Assembly: GCA_034659855.1 (NCBI GenBank)
Contig: JAYEIA010000298.1
Coordinates: forward strand, 1-54,154
Reading direction: 5' to 3'
DNA: 54,154 bases
DNA from: Bacteroidota bacterium
GTDB taxonomy: Bacteria; Bacteroidota; Bacteroidia; Bacteroidales; JAADGE01
Below are positions 53,532 through 54,154 of this stretch, one piece after another. Below the pieces are notes generated by a model. It had not been told where the DNA came from and did no database searches. It saw nothing but the letters and a program-made list of their open reading frames with translations. Position numbers and translations under genes: made by a program. Within the stretch, counting starts at the first letter, position 1. Every line of letters starts with the position of its first letter.

Positions 53532-54154
53532 ATGAGATTAGGAAAAGTTGAAAAAAAATCGAAGTTTTATGCACTACTAAAGGGCTATTTTCAGTTCATG
53601 TTTGATAAAGTGTTTTACGGAAAAGTGGAGTATAGCGGTATGGAAAATATTCCGGACGGAAAGCCCGTACTGTTTGCCCCCAATCATCAAAATGCTTTGA
53701 TGGATCCTTTGGCCTTAATATTTTCCTCGAACAGGCAAATTGTGTTTTTAGCCCGATCAGATATTTTTAAAAGTAAAATTGTTTCCCGTTTACTGTTTTT
53801 GGTTAAGATTTTGCCGGTGTACAGAATTAGGGACGGCAAAGAAAAACTTAAATTAAATGAAATAATCTTTGACAAGACAGTAGAAATTTTGGAGAAAAAC
53901 AGGCCGGTAGCTATTTTTCCGGAGGCAAGGCATTTCAATAAACGACACTTAAAACCCCTGAAGAAGGGAATACAACGTGTGGCATTTGCTACCGCTGAGA
54001 AGAATAATTATCAGCTTGATATCAAGATTGTTCCGGTGGGTATTTACTATTCAAACTATTGGAACTTTAAAGCAACCATACAAGTTCAATACGGAAAACC
54101 AATATCCGCAAGCAAATATTATGAGTTGTATAAGGAAGACAAAGCTAAAGCAAT
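53532..54154 (+). CDS. PlsC-family glycerolipid acyltransferase (3'-truncated; absent from ORF track)
   Basis: Read directly from sequence: MRLGKVEKK...FAPNHQNALMDP...FLAR...LPVYR...IFPE. Confidence 0.9.
   Translation, partial: MRLGKVEKKSKFYALLKGYFQFMFDKVFYGKVEYSGMENIPDGKPVLFAPNHQNALMDPLALIFSSNRQIVFLARSDIFKSKIVSRLLFLVKILPVYRIRDGKEKLKLNEIIFDKTVEILEKNRPVAIFPEARHFNKRHLKPLKKGIQRVAFATAEKNNYQLDIKIVPVGIYYSNYWNFKATIQVQYGKPISASKYYELYKEDKAKA

Noticed and set aside
603-53938. Many short ORFs (60-200 aa) antisense to or overlapping the long genes
   Set aside because: They are shadows of well-supported CDSs and show no recognisable motifs.

Overview
AT-rich Bacteroidota chromosomal window. The phylum call is inferred from TAnnTTTG -7 promoter boxes, a TonB receptor, and DUF4296/DUF4105 genes; a Bacteroidales/Marinilabiliales-like lineage is a guess. 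Left to right: (1) the tail of a chemosensory cluster (MCP, cheR, a kinase lacking the phospho-His, cheD, cheB, a receiver, and a GAF/PAS sensor with no output domain); (2) a TetR-TolC-MFP-RND efflux operon; (3) a PAS histidine kinase and receiver; (4) AddA-like helicase-nuclease, TSUP, SPFH, FtsB-like, biotin ligase, RNase P RNA, two HMG-CoA-lyase-family genes, Hsp20, DUF4105 and two PFKs; (5) a tightly packed ~17 kb minus-strand gene string; (6) YkvA, priA and a partial acyltransferase. The string in (5) is the best candidate for an undescribed system. It encodes a membrane-anchored STAND ATPase/WD40 protein, a TPR-fused TonB receptor, a LeuA/homocitrate-synthase-like enzyme, a putative outer-membrane barrel, an O-methyltransferase, an NTT-HEAT-cNMP transporter, a propeller-sensor PP2C phosphatase, a lipoprotein, SiaC and a PPi-type PFK. 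Intergenic DNA in the left 30 kb is full of non-autonomous MITE/REP-like elements. Several are nested with readable target-site duplications, and one family has a 41-bp core that is flipped between its two copies. No transposase, CRISPR array, tRNA or rRNA was recognised. All calls come from reading motifs by eye; no database searches were run.
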